This document shows, in pieces, positions 46,778 to 56,313 of a DNA stretch of 64,000 nt (positions within the stretch are counted from its first letter, which is position 1; every line of letters starts with the position of its first letter). Under the pieces are notes generated by a model. That model ran no database searches. It was not told the origin of the DNA and saw nothing but the letters and a program-made list of their open reading frames with translations. The stretch is from a candidate division FCPU426 bacterium (lineage in GTDB: Bacteria; Oederibacteriota; PGYV01; Palsa-1178): the NCBI GenBank assembly GCA_963840035.1, contig CAWIXE010000001.1:800001-864000 (forward strand), read 5' to 3'. Made by a program: the position numbers and the translations under genes.

Positions 46778-47812
46778 ATGGACAGCGTAATTTTAGGTAA
46801 CACACTTTTAAAGTACGCGATTGCGTTTGGCATATTTGCGGGCGGTTCATTTATAGTCTGGATGTTTTCCACCGTTATCCTTATTAAACTTAAAAAAATG
46901 GCGGAAAAGACCGAGACCACGGTTGATGATTTTGTAATTTCTGTGCTGCAGAAAGTCATAACCCCGGTGTTGTACCTTGCTTCATTTTATATCGCCGTTA
47001 ACAACCTGTACATGGCTGACATCGCGCGGGTAATAATAAACAAGGGCACCATAGTCCTCATCACCTATTTCGGCATACAGGCGGCCATAATGCTCGTGGA
47101 CTACATAGTCACCGAAGTGATGACAAAAAAGGACAGCGACGAGACCAGAGTCAAATCGGTAAAAGGTCTAATGGTGCTGGTAAAAGGGCTTATATGGCTC
47201 ATCGGAATAATCCTGCTGCTGGATAACATGGGCTATAAAGTATCCACCATAGTGGCGGGCTTAGGCATAGGCGGCATAGCTGTCGCACTGGCCGCGCAGG
47301 CGGTACTCGGGGACCTTTTCAGCTACATATCCATAATTTTTGACAAGCCGTTCCAGTCAGGCGATTTCATAACGGTTGACGGGTATATGGGCACTGTTGA
47401 GAATATAGGGATAAAAACCACCAGGATAAGGTCCATAGACGGGGAGGAAATAATATTCTCAAATTCCAACCTGACCTCTTCGAGGATAAAGAATTTCAAA
47501 AGGCTGATTTCCAGGCGCGTGGTCATGACGCTCGGCGTGACATACCAGACGCCAATAGAAAAGATGAAAAAGATACCGGAGATGATAAAAAGGATAATAA
47601 CCGGGGTAAAAGGCGCGGCATTTGACAGGGCGCATTTCAATAACTTCGGCGCCTCAAGCCAGGACTTTGAAGTGGTGTACCTTGTGCAGGGCAATGACTA
47701 CATACAGTTCATGGACATAAAGCAGGAGATAAACTACAAAATAGCCGAGGAGTTCGCGAAGCTGGGCGTGGATTTCGCGTACCCCACGCAGACGGTGTTT
47801 TTAAACAAGTAA
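46778..47812 (+). CDS. MscS-family mechanosensitive channel
   Basis: AGLGIGGIAVALAAQ, DKPF..GD.I, GTVE.IG.KTTRIRS, FAYPTQT. Confidence 0.93.
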   Translation: MDSVILGNTLLKYAIAFGIFAGGSFIVWMFSTVILIKLKKMAEKTETTVDDFVISVLQKVITPVLYLASFYIAVNNLYMADIARVIINKGTIVLITYFGIQAAIMLVDYIVTEVMTKKDSDETRVKSVKGLMVLVKGLIWLIGIILLLDNMGYKVSTIVAGLGIGGIAVALAAQAVLGDLFSYISIIFDKPFQSGDFITVDGYMGTVENIGIKTTRIRSIDGEEIIFSNSNLTSSRIKNFKRLISRRVVMTLGVTYQTPIEKMKKIPEMIKRIITGVKGAAFDRAHFNNFGASSQDFEVVYLVQGNDYIQFMDIKQEINYKIAEEFAKLGVDFAYPTQTVFLNK

Positions 47813-47872
47813 AATTACAAATTACTAATGACCAATTACTAATAAGGGCAATATCAGCCTTCTGGAGGACTT

Positions 47873-48100
47873 ATGAATATCGGGTTCGGAGAACTGCTTT
47901 TTATACTTGCGGCTGTGCTCATGTTATTCGGGGCAGAGAAAATACCGGAGTTGGCAAGGTCCATAGGCAGGGCAATTTCCGAATTTAAGGACGCGGCAGG
48001 AAAAACCGCCGGCGGCGAAGATAAGATAAAAAAGAGCCGCACCGGCAGATACAGAAAATCAAAAAACGCGAAAAATCCCTATGCCAACATTAAAAATTAA
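47873..48100 (+). CDS. tatA: Twin-arginine translocase TatA
   Basis: [28 protein letters not shown]. Confidence 0.92.
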   Translation: MNIGFGELLFILAAVLMLFGAEKIPELARSIGRAISEFKDAAGKTAGGEDKIKKSRTGRYRKSKNAKNPYANIKN

Positions 48101-48794
48101 ACCTTATTTAAACCACCTTAAGGAATTCCGGTCACGCCTCATATACACAGCCCTGTTCCTGGCGGCAACCCTGTTTGCGGCTTTGTTTTTTTCCGAAAAA
48201 ATCATGATCTTTATTAAGGCGCCCCTTAAGGAAATGCAGGATGTGCTGGTTTATTTCAGGCCTTATGACAAGTTCATGGCGTATATAAAAGCCTCTTTTT
48301 TCGCGGCTGTTTTCATAACCGTTCCTTTCGCTCTGCTTCAGCTGGCATTATTCATATTCCCGGCCCTTAAAAAGAATGAAAGGCCGGCATTTTACGCTTT
48401 AACAGCCGCGGCTCCGGTTGTCTTTATCGCGGGCTGCGCATTTTCATACGCGGTCATAGTGCCGGCGGCAGTCGCGTTTTTTATAGGTTTCGCGCCGGGT
48501 GACGGCATAAAACCTTTCTGGGGCGTGGCTGAATACCTTGATATGTTCCTTGCGCTGGTGCTTTTAACCGGAGCGGTATTTGAACTGCCGCTGCCAATAC
48601 TCGGGCTGGTAAAAGCAGGTATTATTAAAGCGGAAGCCCTTTCAAAATCCAGGAAATATATTATAATAGGAATACTGGTTGTGGCGGCTGTTATAACACC
48701 GACGCCGGATATGGTAACGCAGCTTTTGGTTTCGGTGCCCATGTATTTACTGTATGAGGCGACTGTGGTGATTGCAAGGATGATTAAACCGTAG
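48081..48794 (+). CDS. tatC: Twin-arginine translocase TatC
   Basis: [32 protein letters not shown]. Confidence 0.93.
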   Translation: MPTLKIKPYLNHLKEFRSRLIYTALFLAATLFAALFFSEKIMIFIKAPLKEMQDVLVYFRPYDKFMAYIKASFFAAVFITVPFALLQLALFIFPALKKNERPAFYALTAAAPVVFIAGCAFSYAVIVPAAVAFFIGFAPGDGIKPFWGVAEYLDMFLALVLLTGAVFELPLPILGLVKAGIIKAEALSKSRKYIIIGILVVAAVITPTPDMVTQLLVSVPMYLLYEATVVIARMIKP

Positions 48795-48807
48795 AATAGT
48801 GCCGGCC

Positions 48808-48894
48808 TAGAGACGCCCACGAGGGGCGTCTCTACGGTGGTGTAAATATTAACGAATATGAAGTATTTGTAGAGACGGGGCTTGTCCCCGTCTC
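48808..48894. repeat. Pair of GTAG-type REP palindromes (BIME-like)
   Basis: TAGAGACGCCC..GGGCGTCTCTAC, TGTAAATATT linker (as at 31550), GTAGAGACGGGG..CCCCGTCTC. Confidence 0.8.
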
Positions 48895-48935
48895 AAGGTT
48901 GGGTTTAAGGTGGAACATTATTATAGGAGGGACTT

Positions 48936-49850
48936 ATGAAACGCAGGGAATTTATTAAAAAAAGTTTGCAGGCTGGTCTTGTCGCGGGTATCGCTTACGG
49001 GTTCGGCGGGTTTGATAAAATCATGGGGGCCACTTCCGGAACGCCTGACCTTGTGGCTGTAAAGGGAGGAACACCTGAGGCCATGTTCTTAGCCGGCATA
49101 AAAGAACTCGGGGGCATGAAAGCCTTTGTCAAAAAAGGGCAAAGTGTCGTTGTAAAACCGAACATAGGCTGGGATGTGGAGCCTGAGTTCGCCGCCAATA
49201 CCAACCCCGGGCTTGTGGCCGAAATAATAAAAAGCTGCCTTGAGGCGGGAGCGTCAAAGGTGCAGGTATTTGACCATACGTGCGACAACTGGGAAGACAC
49301 ATATGTAACAAGCGGAATTGCAAAGGCAGTAAAGAGCGCGGGCGGGAAAATAGCCCCCGCAAATAAAAAAGAAATGTATAAGAAAGTAATAATACCCGGC
49401 GGCAAGACATTAAAATCAGCGCTGGTGCATGAGATAATACTGTCCTCGGACGTTTTCATCAATGTGCCGGTATTAAAAAGCCACGGCACCACAAAACTCA
49501 CCATTGCCATGAAAAACCACATGGGCATAGTATGGGACAGGGGCACGTGGCACGGGACCGGAATCCACGAGTGCATAGCGGACTTCGCCGCGTACAGGAA
49601 GCCTGACCTGAACATTGTGGACTGCTACAGGGTCATGACGCAGAACGGGCCAAGGGGAGTTAATTCCTCCGAGGATGTGGCTGAGTTAAAAAGCCTTATC
49701 CTCTCAAAAGACATAGTCGCGGCCGACGCCGCGGCAACGAAGGTATTCGGGCTTGACCCTGCGAAGATAAAATACATAACCCTGGCGCATGACAAAGGCG
49801 TGGGGAATATGAATCTGGACAAGCTGAATATAAAGAAGATATATATTTAG
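48936..49850 (+). CDS. DUF362-domain protein with Tat signal
   Basis: MKRREFIK; VVKPNIGW, NVPVLKSH, MKNHMG, DIVAADA. Confidence 0.88.
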   Translation: MKRREFIKKSLQAGLVAGIAYGFGGFDKIMGATSGTPDLVAVKGGTPEAMFLAGIKELGGMKAFVKKGQSVVVKPNIGWDVEPEFAANTNPGLVAEIIKSCLEAGASKVQVFDHTCDNWEDTYVTSGIAKAVKSAGGKIAPANKKEMYKKVIIPGGKTLKSALVHEIILSSDVFINVPVLKSHGTTKLTIAMKNHMGIVWDRGTWHGTGIHECIADFAAYRKPDLNIVDCYRVMTQNGPRGVNSSEDVAELKSLILSKDIVAADAAATKVFGLDPAKIKYITLAHDKGVGNMNLDKLNIKKIYI

Positions 49851-49868
49851 AAAGAAAAGCTGTTTTAT

Positions 49869-50058
49869 TGTCATTGCGAGGAGGCGTTCTTGAATTTTGC
49901 CGACGAAGTCCTTCGACTTCGTTCAGGACCATGAGCCTGTCGAATGGCAATTTCTGTACTTAGCGGTAAAACAGAGATTGTGGTTCGATGAACTCACCAT
50001 CGTGAGCCTGTCGAACGACTTCGTCGCCGTAAAACAAGGCCGGCTTCTCGCAATGACA
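49869..50058. repeat. Palindromic element carrying two nested TTCGA...TGAGCCTGTCGAA inserts
   Basis: Third intact-ended copy, with inserts at 49909-49947 and 49981-50018. Confidence 0.8.
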
Positions 50059-50086
50059 GCAAAAACACAACATTGAAAAGGACTAC

Positions 50087-51595
50087 ATGAAAAACCTAAA
50101 AAACATCAGGGTCTTTGTTTCGCTTTTCTTTTTTATCTCCTTTATATGGACCTTCCTGGAGATAACAAAGCCTAACGAGTACTTCACCCACACGGTATCG
50201 GCGCTGCAGTTTGTGCCTTCTTTCCTTGAATTTACAGCCACTGTATTCATGGGAGGCGGGGCCGGGTTCATACTCATACTTATTATTACGGCTATTTTCG
50301 GCAGGGTGTACTGTTCCTTTTTATGCCCGCTTGGCACGCTTCAGGACTGTTTCATAGGATCAAAACGCGCCATGACAAGAACAAAAAACTCCTACATGAA
50401 GCCTTTCCCGTGGCTCCAGTACCTGGTGCTGGCCGCTGTCATAGTTTCATTCATGATGGGCAGCGCCGTGCTTCTCGGGGCGAACGATCCGTTTGCCATA
50501 TTCGGCAGGATAATTTCAGACTTAATAAAACCCGGGTTTGTCAGGGTGACAAACTGGATTTCGTGGGTTCTGGGCGCTTTTGACATATACGCCATGAGGC
50601 CCAGGCAGACGCATGTGATATCCATGAGTATCTTCATATACTCCGCGTTCTTTTTCTTCCTCGTTGGCGGAATGTCGCTATGGAAGGGGCGGCTTTACTG
50701 CAATACAGTGTGCCCCGTGGGAGGGTTATTATCGCTTGTGTCGAAATTATCAGTGAATAAGCTGGTCTTTGACACGGATAAATGCACATCATGCGGACTG
50801 TGTGAAAAAGCGTGCAAGGCAAACTGCATTGATTATAAGGAGAAGAAAATAGATTTTGACAGGTGCGTGGACTGTTATGACTGTATTGAGGCGTGCAAAT
50901 TCGGCGCGGTAAAATATGAGAACACCTGGAAAAAAGCGCTGGCGCCGTCGAAAGGCAGGAGAAAAGCCATAGCCGCTTTCTCTGCAGGCGCGGCAATCGC
51001 GGCGCTTCACGTAACCGGAGTTGAAAAAATAGCGGCAAAAACCGCCTTGCCGATTGTTCCGCCCGGCGCAAAGTCAATACAGAGGTTCAAGTCAAAATGC
51101 ATAGGGTGCCATTTATGCGTGACAACATGCCCGTCCAAAGTTTTAACACCGTCGCCGCTTTCCGTGCCCGGCATGGCTGCCCAGCCATTCATGGATTACA
51201 CCGCGTCATTTTGCGCGTATAATTGCAACCTGTGCACGAGGGTATGCCCGACAGGCGCCTTAATGTCCCTGACAATAGCGGATAAAAGGCTGACACAGCT
51301 GGGAGTCGCGAAATTTACGGAGAATAACTGTATAGTAAAGACAAAAGGAAAACAATGCACCATATGCAATGAATACTGCCCGACAAAGGCGTGTTCCATG
51401 GTTGCCTATAAGAACGGCCTTGAGATACCAAAAGTAATTGACAACCTGTGCATAGGCTGCGGCGCGTGCGAACGCGTGTGCCCGGCTGTGCCGAAAAAAG
51501 CAATAATAGTAAAATCAAATGAAGTGCATAAAAAAGCGGAAAAACCCGCGGTTAAAAAGGAAAAATCAAGGGATTTTAAGGCGTTTCCGTTTTAA
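50087..51595 (+). CDS. Membrane polyferredoxin (NapH-like TM region + multiple 4Fe-4S motifs)
   Basis: GRVYCSFLCPLG, YCNTVCPVG, several CxxCxxCxxxC motifs; internal GRRKAI + hydrophobic helix. Confidence 0.9.
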   Translation: MKNLKNIRVFVSLFFFISFIWTFLEITKPNEYFTHTVSALQFVPSFLEFTATVFMGGGAGFILILIITAIFGRVYCSFLCPLGTLQDCFIGSKRAMTRTKNSYMKPFPWLQYLVLAAVIVSFMMGSAVLLGANDPFAIFGRIISDLIKPGFVRVTNWISWVLGAFDIYAMRPRQTHVISMSIFIYSAFFFFLVGGMSLWKGRLYCNTVCPVGGLLSLVSKLSVNKLVFDTDKCTSCGLCEKACKANCIDYKEKKIDFDRCVDCYDCIEACKFGAVKYENTWKKALAPSKGRRKAIAAFSAGAAIAALHVTGVEKIAAKTALPIVPPGAKSIQRFKSKCIGCHLCVTTCPSKVLTPSPLSVPGMAAQPFMDYTASFCAYNCNLCTRVCPTGALMSLTIADKRLTQLGVAKFTENNCIVKTKGKQCTICNEYCPTKACSMVAYKNGLEIPKVIDNLCIGCGACERVCPAVPKKAIIVKSNEVHKKAEKPAVKKEKSRDFKAFPF

Positions 51596-51645
51596 GGAAG
51601 AGTAAAGGAGAGACAGGAGATAGGAGACAGGAAAGAGGAAAAGCA

Positions 51646-51733
51646 AGACAGGAGACTGGAGACAAGAGGATGCCAAAAGCGCGGTTCGCTGTTTTACTCC
51701 TGTCTCCAGTCTCTTGTTTCTGAAACTCAAACG
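51646..51733 (+). repeat. 88-bp heptamer-based element, copy 1
   Basis: AGACAGGAGACTGGAGACAAGAG...CTCCTGTCTCCAGTCTCTTGT...AAACTCAAACG. Confidence 0.9.
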
Positions 51734-51746
51734 CAAAGGAGTATTT

Positions 51747-52286
51747 ATGAGCAGATTAATCGCCCTAAACAAAGAATCAGACATCCCGGCAAAATACATG
51801 GGTACTCCCGTGGAAATGCTTATCCGCTACCAGAACTTCGGCGAGGCCTTTGCAGAGTGCACCAACGCCCAGATACTCGTGGGCATGTGCATGGACAACA
51901 GGAAGGTCCTAAAAGTGCCGGAAAATTTTGCCTTTGTCCTGCGCACGGGCGGCGGCAATTTAAGGCAGAATGAGTTTAAGGTTTCTTTTGCCATCGCGGT
52001 CGGAGGGGTGACCGCAATCGCCTTAGTCGGCCATACCAACTGCGGAATGGTGAATGTTTACTCCAAGAGGGACCAGTTCATAAACGGCATGGTGGAGCGC
52101 GCCGGCTGGACCCAGGAGCAGGCAAAGGAACATTTCATGACATTGGCGCCCCTTTTTGAGATAGATAATGAGGAAGAATTTGTCTTAAGCGAGGCGCACA
52201 GGCTGACACGCAAGTACCCGAAGATTTTAATAGCGCCTTTTATATATAAGCTGGAAGATAATAAACTTTATATGGTGGAAGAATAG
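51747..52286 (+). CDS. Beta-class carbonic anhydrase-like protein
   Basis: Zn ligands GMCMDNR and GHTNCG; RTGGG. Confidence 0.8.
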   Translation: MSRLIALNKESDIPAKYMGTPVEMLIRYQNFGEAFAECTNAQILVGMCMDNRKVLKVPENFAFVLRTGGGNLRQNEFKVSFAIAVGGVTAIALVGHTNCGMVNVYSKRDQFINGMVERAGWTQEQAKEHFMTLAPLFEIDNEEEFVLSEAHRLTRKYPKILIAPFIYKLEDNKLYMVEE

Positions 52287-52303
52287 GAAGAAGAGGAGAA
52301 AGC

Positions 52304-52391
52304 AGACAGGAGACTGGAGATAAGAGGATGCCAAAAGCGCGGTTTGCAGTTTTACTCCTGTCTCCAGTCTCTTGTCTCTGAAACTCAAACG
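52304..52391 (+). repeat. 88-bp heptamer-based element, copy 2
   Basis: Nearly identical to copy 1. Confidence 0.9.
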
Positions 52392-52408
52392 AAAAACAAG
52401 GTGGCAGG

Positions 52409-53305
52409 ATGAAAAAATTAGTGTTATTAATAGCGTTATTGACGTTTCCTTTATTTTTATTCTCTGCCGATAAATGGGATTCCATCATAATTGACGCGCA
52501 TAAAAGGGATTATAAGGTGCATGTGCCGAAGTCATATGACAAATCAAAAGCTGTCCCGCTTATTATCGCTGTTCACGGCGGCGGAGGGCAGGCGTGGTCC
52601 ATGGAAAAGCTGACGAAATTCAGCGTCCTCTCCGAAAAGGAAGGATTTATAGTGGTTTACCCGGAAGGGTTTGAGAAGCAGTGGAATGACGGAAGGGAAG
52701 TTCTGCAGATAAGCGCGCAGAGGAAGAATATAAATGACGTGGGTTTCATATCAAAAGTGATAGATAAGGTGGCGGAAAAATACTCAATAGACAAAAAGAA
52801 AGTTTATGCCGCGGGCATATCCAACGGCGGATTCATGTGCCAGCGCCTGGCGTGCGAACTCTCCGATAAGCTCGCGGCTGTTGTGTCCGTCTCCGCGGCA
52901 ATGCCGGAGAAGATAAAGGATAAATGCCGGCCCGCAAACCGCATATCAGTGATGTTCATTAACGGCACTGAAGACCCGTTGGTGCCTTATGACGGCGGTT
53001 CTGTTAAGGTTGGAAAAAAGGAACGCGGGGAAATAACCTCCACGGAAGAATCCGTGGCGCTGTGGGTAAACAGGAACGGATGCCAGAAGGTTAAAAGCGA
53101 CGTTATAAAAACTGACCTTGAGGTTGACTGCGACTATTACAGGGACAAACAGGGCACGGAAGTGGTGCTCTATACGGTAAAAGGCGGAGGACATACCTGG
53201 CCCGGCGGGCCGCAGTATCTGCCCCAGGGGCTGGTGGGGAAGGTTTGTAAGGGGATGGATGCTACGGGGGAGATTTGGAAATTCTTTCAGAGGCACAATA
53301 AGTAG
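52409..53305 (+). CDS. Exported PHB-depolymerase/LpqC-family esterase
   Basis: Signal peptide; HGGGG, VVYPEG, GISNGG nucleophile, GTEDP, GGHTWPG. Confidence 0.88.
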   Translation: MKKLVLLIALLTFPLFLFSADKWDSIIIDAHKRDYKVHVPKSYDKSKAVPLIIAVHGGGGQAWSMEKLTKFSVLSEKEGFIVVYPEGFEKQWNDGREVLQISAQRKNINDVGFISKVIDKVAEKYSIDKKKVYAAGISNGGFMCQRLACELSDKLAAVVSVSAAMPEKIKDKCRPANRISVMFINGTEDPLVPYDGGSVKVGKKERGEITSTEESVALWVNRNGCQKVKSDVIKTDLEVDCDYYRDKQGTEVVLYTVKGGGHTWPGGPQYLPQGLVGKVCKGMDATGEIWKFFQRHNK

Positions 53306-53339
53306 TGAGTGGTGTGTAGTTGTGGGTAGAGGAAAGAAC

Positions 53340-53427
53340 AGATAGGAGACTGGAGACAAGAGTAAGTCTAAAACAAGTATTACAGCTTTACTCCTATCTC
53401 CAGTCTCTTGTCTCTTAAACTCAAACG
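53340..53427 (+). repeat. 88-bp heptamer-based element, copy 3 (diverged loop)
   Basis: Same length, arms and AAACTCAAACG tail. Confidence 0.85.
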
Positions 53428-53440
53428 AATGGAGCCAAAC

Positions 53441-54088
53441 ATGAACCAAACGTTGAAGGAAATGAAGCAAGTCTACAAACTACAGCACTCCGCCATCCAG
53501 CGCGCGCTTAAATCTTACCGCGCGAAGTGGGAGAAGGGGACTGAGGAGGACGTGCTTGCCGAGATGCTTTTCTGCATATTAACCCCGCAGTCCAAGGCCA
53601 AAGGATGCTGGTCGTGCATGGAGTCCATAATAAAAAAGAAACTCATAAAAGCGGGCAATGAAAAAGAAATACTGGCGGAGCTTAAGTACCCACGCTTCAA
53701 GTATAAAAAGGCGAAATTTTTTATAGAAGCGCGCGATAAGTTCGTGAAGAACGGCAAAGTTGCCATAAAGCAGTTCATGTCGGGTTTTAAGAACGTTGTT
53801 GAAATGCGCGATTGGTTCCAGGCAAATATAAAGGGATACGGCTTAAAAGAAGCCTCGCACTTCCTGCGCAACGTGGGATTTGGCGAGGATATAGCGATAC
53901 TCGACAGGCATATACTGAGGAACCTGGCAAAACTTGGCGTTATCAAGGAAGTCCCGGCGCATATAACGCCGAAGATGTACCATGAGATAGAGGAAGACAT
54001 GAAAAAGTTCGCGAAGAAAATGAAGATTCCCATGGCGGCACTGGACCTGATACTTTGGGCTAAGGAGACAGGGGAAGTTTTTAAATAG
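53441..54088 (+). CDS. ogg: 8-oxoguanine DNA glycosylase/AP lyase (OGG2 type)
   Basis: EMLFCILTPQS, IKGYGLKEASHFLRNVG, AILDRHIL, LDLILW...GEVFK with C-terminal Lys. Confidence 0.9.
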   Translation: MNQTLKEMKQVYKLQHSAIQRALKSYRAKWEKGTEEDVLAEMLFCILTPQSKAKGCWSCMESIIKKKLIKAGNEKEILAELKYPRFKYKKAKFFIEARDKFVKNGKVAIKQFMSGFKNVVEMRDWFQANIKGYGLKEASHFLRNVGFGEDIAILDRHILRNLAKLGVIKEVPAHITPKMYHEIEEDMKKFAKKMKIPMAALDLILWAKETGEVFK

Positions 54089-54180
54089 ACGCAAAAGAAT
54101 AGCGCGTTATTGATAAGGTATGAGCGTTTAGATAATTAAGTCGAAGGCCTGAAAAATAATACTTTGATAAGGGATGGACA

Positions 54181-56073
54181 ATGGGAAAAAATTTAAATAT
54201 TTTTATCTTCATATTAATGGCTGCTTTCCCATGTGGCGTATCTGGGGTTTGGGCGGATGTGGATGGTATAGGGCAGGAAAGTGTCAGGATAACAAGCACC
54301 ATTATTACCGACCTTACTCCGTCATTTTATTTTGACGGTTCCGGGAACCCGTCTGTCGCATGGGAGGATTATGGATACGCCAACAGCGAGATATGCTACC
54401 AGAAATGGAACAGTACGGCGTGGGTGGACGCGGATGGAACGGGCCTGGAAAGCATAAATATTTCCAATACAGGCGGGAGTTCGCAATACGCCAGGCTGTG
54501 TGTGGATAGCGCCGGGAACCCGCATATTGTATGGTATGACATGACATCCGGAAACTATGAGATATATTATCTGAAATGGGATGGAACAGCGTGGGTCGAT
54601 GCGGATGGTACGGGACGTGAAAGCATAAATGTTTCCAATGCAAGCGGAAGCTCGTTTTATCCGTCATTTTGCCTGGATAGCGGAGGCAATGCTCACATCG
54701 CGTGGGCTGATGACAATTCCGGAACGCAGGATATATATTACCTTAAATGGAACGGTTCGGCCTGGGTGGACGCAGACGGGGTTGGTAAGGGCGATATAAA
54801 CATATCAGGCAGTACCGGAGGCACGTGGAATCCGTCGCTATCGCTCGACAGCGCGGGGAATCCGCACATAGCCTGGATAGACGGCAGGGATGGAAACAGG
54901 GAGGTATATTACCTGCAGTGGAACGGGACAGCATGGGTGGATGCTGACGGGACCGGGCAGGAGGGTATAAATATATCAAATACAGCAGGGGAATCATTTG
55001 CCCCGTCGTTATTTCTGGACGGCTCGGGTGAACCGCATATCGCATGGAATGAAAATGTGTCAGGGAATAAGGAGATATATTACCTTCGGTGGAACGGGAC
55101 CGCATGGGTGGATGCCGACGGGACGGGACAGGAAAGCATTAATGTCTCCAATACAGGCACAAATTCGATAATGCCGTCACTTTGCCTGGACAGCGCTGGA
55201 AATCCGCACATCGCGTGGAATGAAGAAAAAACCAATAATGAAATATATTACCTTCAGTGGAACGGGGCGGAATGGGTGGATGCCGACGGGGCAGGGCAGG
55301 AAAGCATTAATATATCCAATAACAGCGGAGAGTCGCAGGACCCGTCGCTGCGGCTGGATGGCGCAGGAAATCCGCGCATCGTATGGGATGACAATACGGC
55401 TTTAAAAAAAGACATATATTATCTGCAATGGATACCGGAAATGACCCCGACCAAAACGGGCACTGTTTCGCCGAGCCCTACATTTACTGAAGAAACCGCC
55501 ACAATAACAGCCACGGAAACAACCACAGAAACGGTCACGGAAACAGCCACCGGCACAGGTACTGCGACACCCACAAAAACGGCTACTGAAACAGCCACAT
55601 ATACAGGCACTGCGACACCCACAAAAACTGCCACGGAAACAGCCACAGATACAGGCACTGCGACACCCACAAAAACTGCCACGGAAACAGCCACACGCAC
55701 TGGCACGGTATCAGTCACGACAACATATACAAAAACAACCACAGAGACCATGACAATAACTATTACAGCCACGTTGACTCCTTCTCCCACAATCAGCGCC
55801 ACATATGATTTTTCCGGCACACCTCTGGTGTACCCCAACCCCTGCAGTTTTAAAAAAACCAGTCTTAAGTTCCAAAATATGCCGCAGGGGGCGATTATAC
55901 AGATATTGACTTTATCAGGGGAGGTTGTGGCAAACCTGCATGTAAATTATCCCAAAGAGCACTGGAACGGCAGGAATAACTATGACGCCCAGATATCTCC
56001 GGGAATATATTTTTATCTTGTGCTAAAAGACAATAAAGCTTTTTTAAGCGGAAAATTATTTGTGGTAAATTAG
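54181..56073 (+). CDS. Secreted 7-repeat (beta-propeller-like) protein with Thr linker and T9SS-like/FlgD-Ig C-terminal domain
   Basis: Seven ~57-aa WVDADG.G.E.IN.S...PS..LD..GNPHIAW...EIYYL.W repeats; 14-aa TGTATPTKTATETA repeats; VYPNP, WNGRN, PGIYFY, GKLFVV. Confidence 0.85.
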   Translation: MGKNLNIFIFILMAAFPCGVSGVWADVDGIGQESVRITSTIITDLTPSFYFDGSGNPSVAWEDYGYANSEICYQKWNSTAWVDADGTGLESINISNTGGSSQYARLCVDSAGNPHIVWYDMTSGNYEIYYLKWDGTAWVDADGTGRESINVSNASGSSFYPSFCLDSGGNAHIAWADDNSGTQDIYYLKWNGSAWVDADGVGKGDINISGSTGGTWNPSLSLDSAGNPHIAWIDGRDGNREVYYLQWNGTAWVDADGTGQEGINISNTAGESFAPSLFLDGSGEPHIAWNENVSGNKEIYYLRWNGTAWVDADGTGQESINVSNTGTNSIMPSLCLDSAGNPHIAWNEEKTNNEIYYLQWNGAEWVDADGAGQESINISNNSGESQDPSLRLDGAGNPRIVWDDNTALKKDIYYLQWIPEMTPTKTGTVSPSPTFTEETATITATETTTETVTETATGTGTATPTKTATETATYTGTATPTKTATETATDTGTATPTKTATETATRTGTVSVTTTYTKTTTETMTITITATLTPSPTISATYDFSGTPLVYPNPCSFKKTSLKFQNMPQGAIIQILTLSGEVVANLHVNYPKEHWNGRNNYDAQISPGIYFYLVLKDNKAFLSGKLFVVN

Positions 56074-56104
56074 ATTTTTTTGCAGAAACAGATTCCGGAA
56101 TGGG

Positions 56105-56195
56105 CGAAGATGCACCGCAAAATTGAGGAAGATATGAAAAAGTCCGCGAAGATAATGAAAACACCAATGACGGCGCTGGATCTGATACTGTGGGC
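56105..56195 (+). pseudogene. Diverged duplicate of the ogg 3' end
   Basis: 91 bp aligning ungapped to 53970-54060 (about 17 mismatches by hand); encodes IEEDMKKSAKIMKTPMTALDLILWA. Confidence 0.85.
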
Positions 56196-56313
56196 GAATC
56201 GTGAATCGCCCCTTCACGGGAACGCCGTTTCCTTTAAAATAATCTTTTCAGCGGCGGTTAAAATGTGATAGTATATCCACATTGGGTCAATCAAGGGAAA
56301 AACAGGAGGGTTT

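Noticed and set aside
51646..53427. Integron attC sites
   Set aside because: No RYYYAAC/GTTRRRY ends and no integrase; kept only as a cassette-like repeat
56080..56268. 62-aa ORF as an independent gene
   Set aside because: Composite of the ogg 3' duplicate and a REP; no RBS
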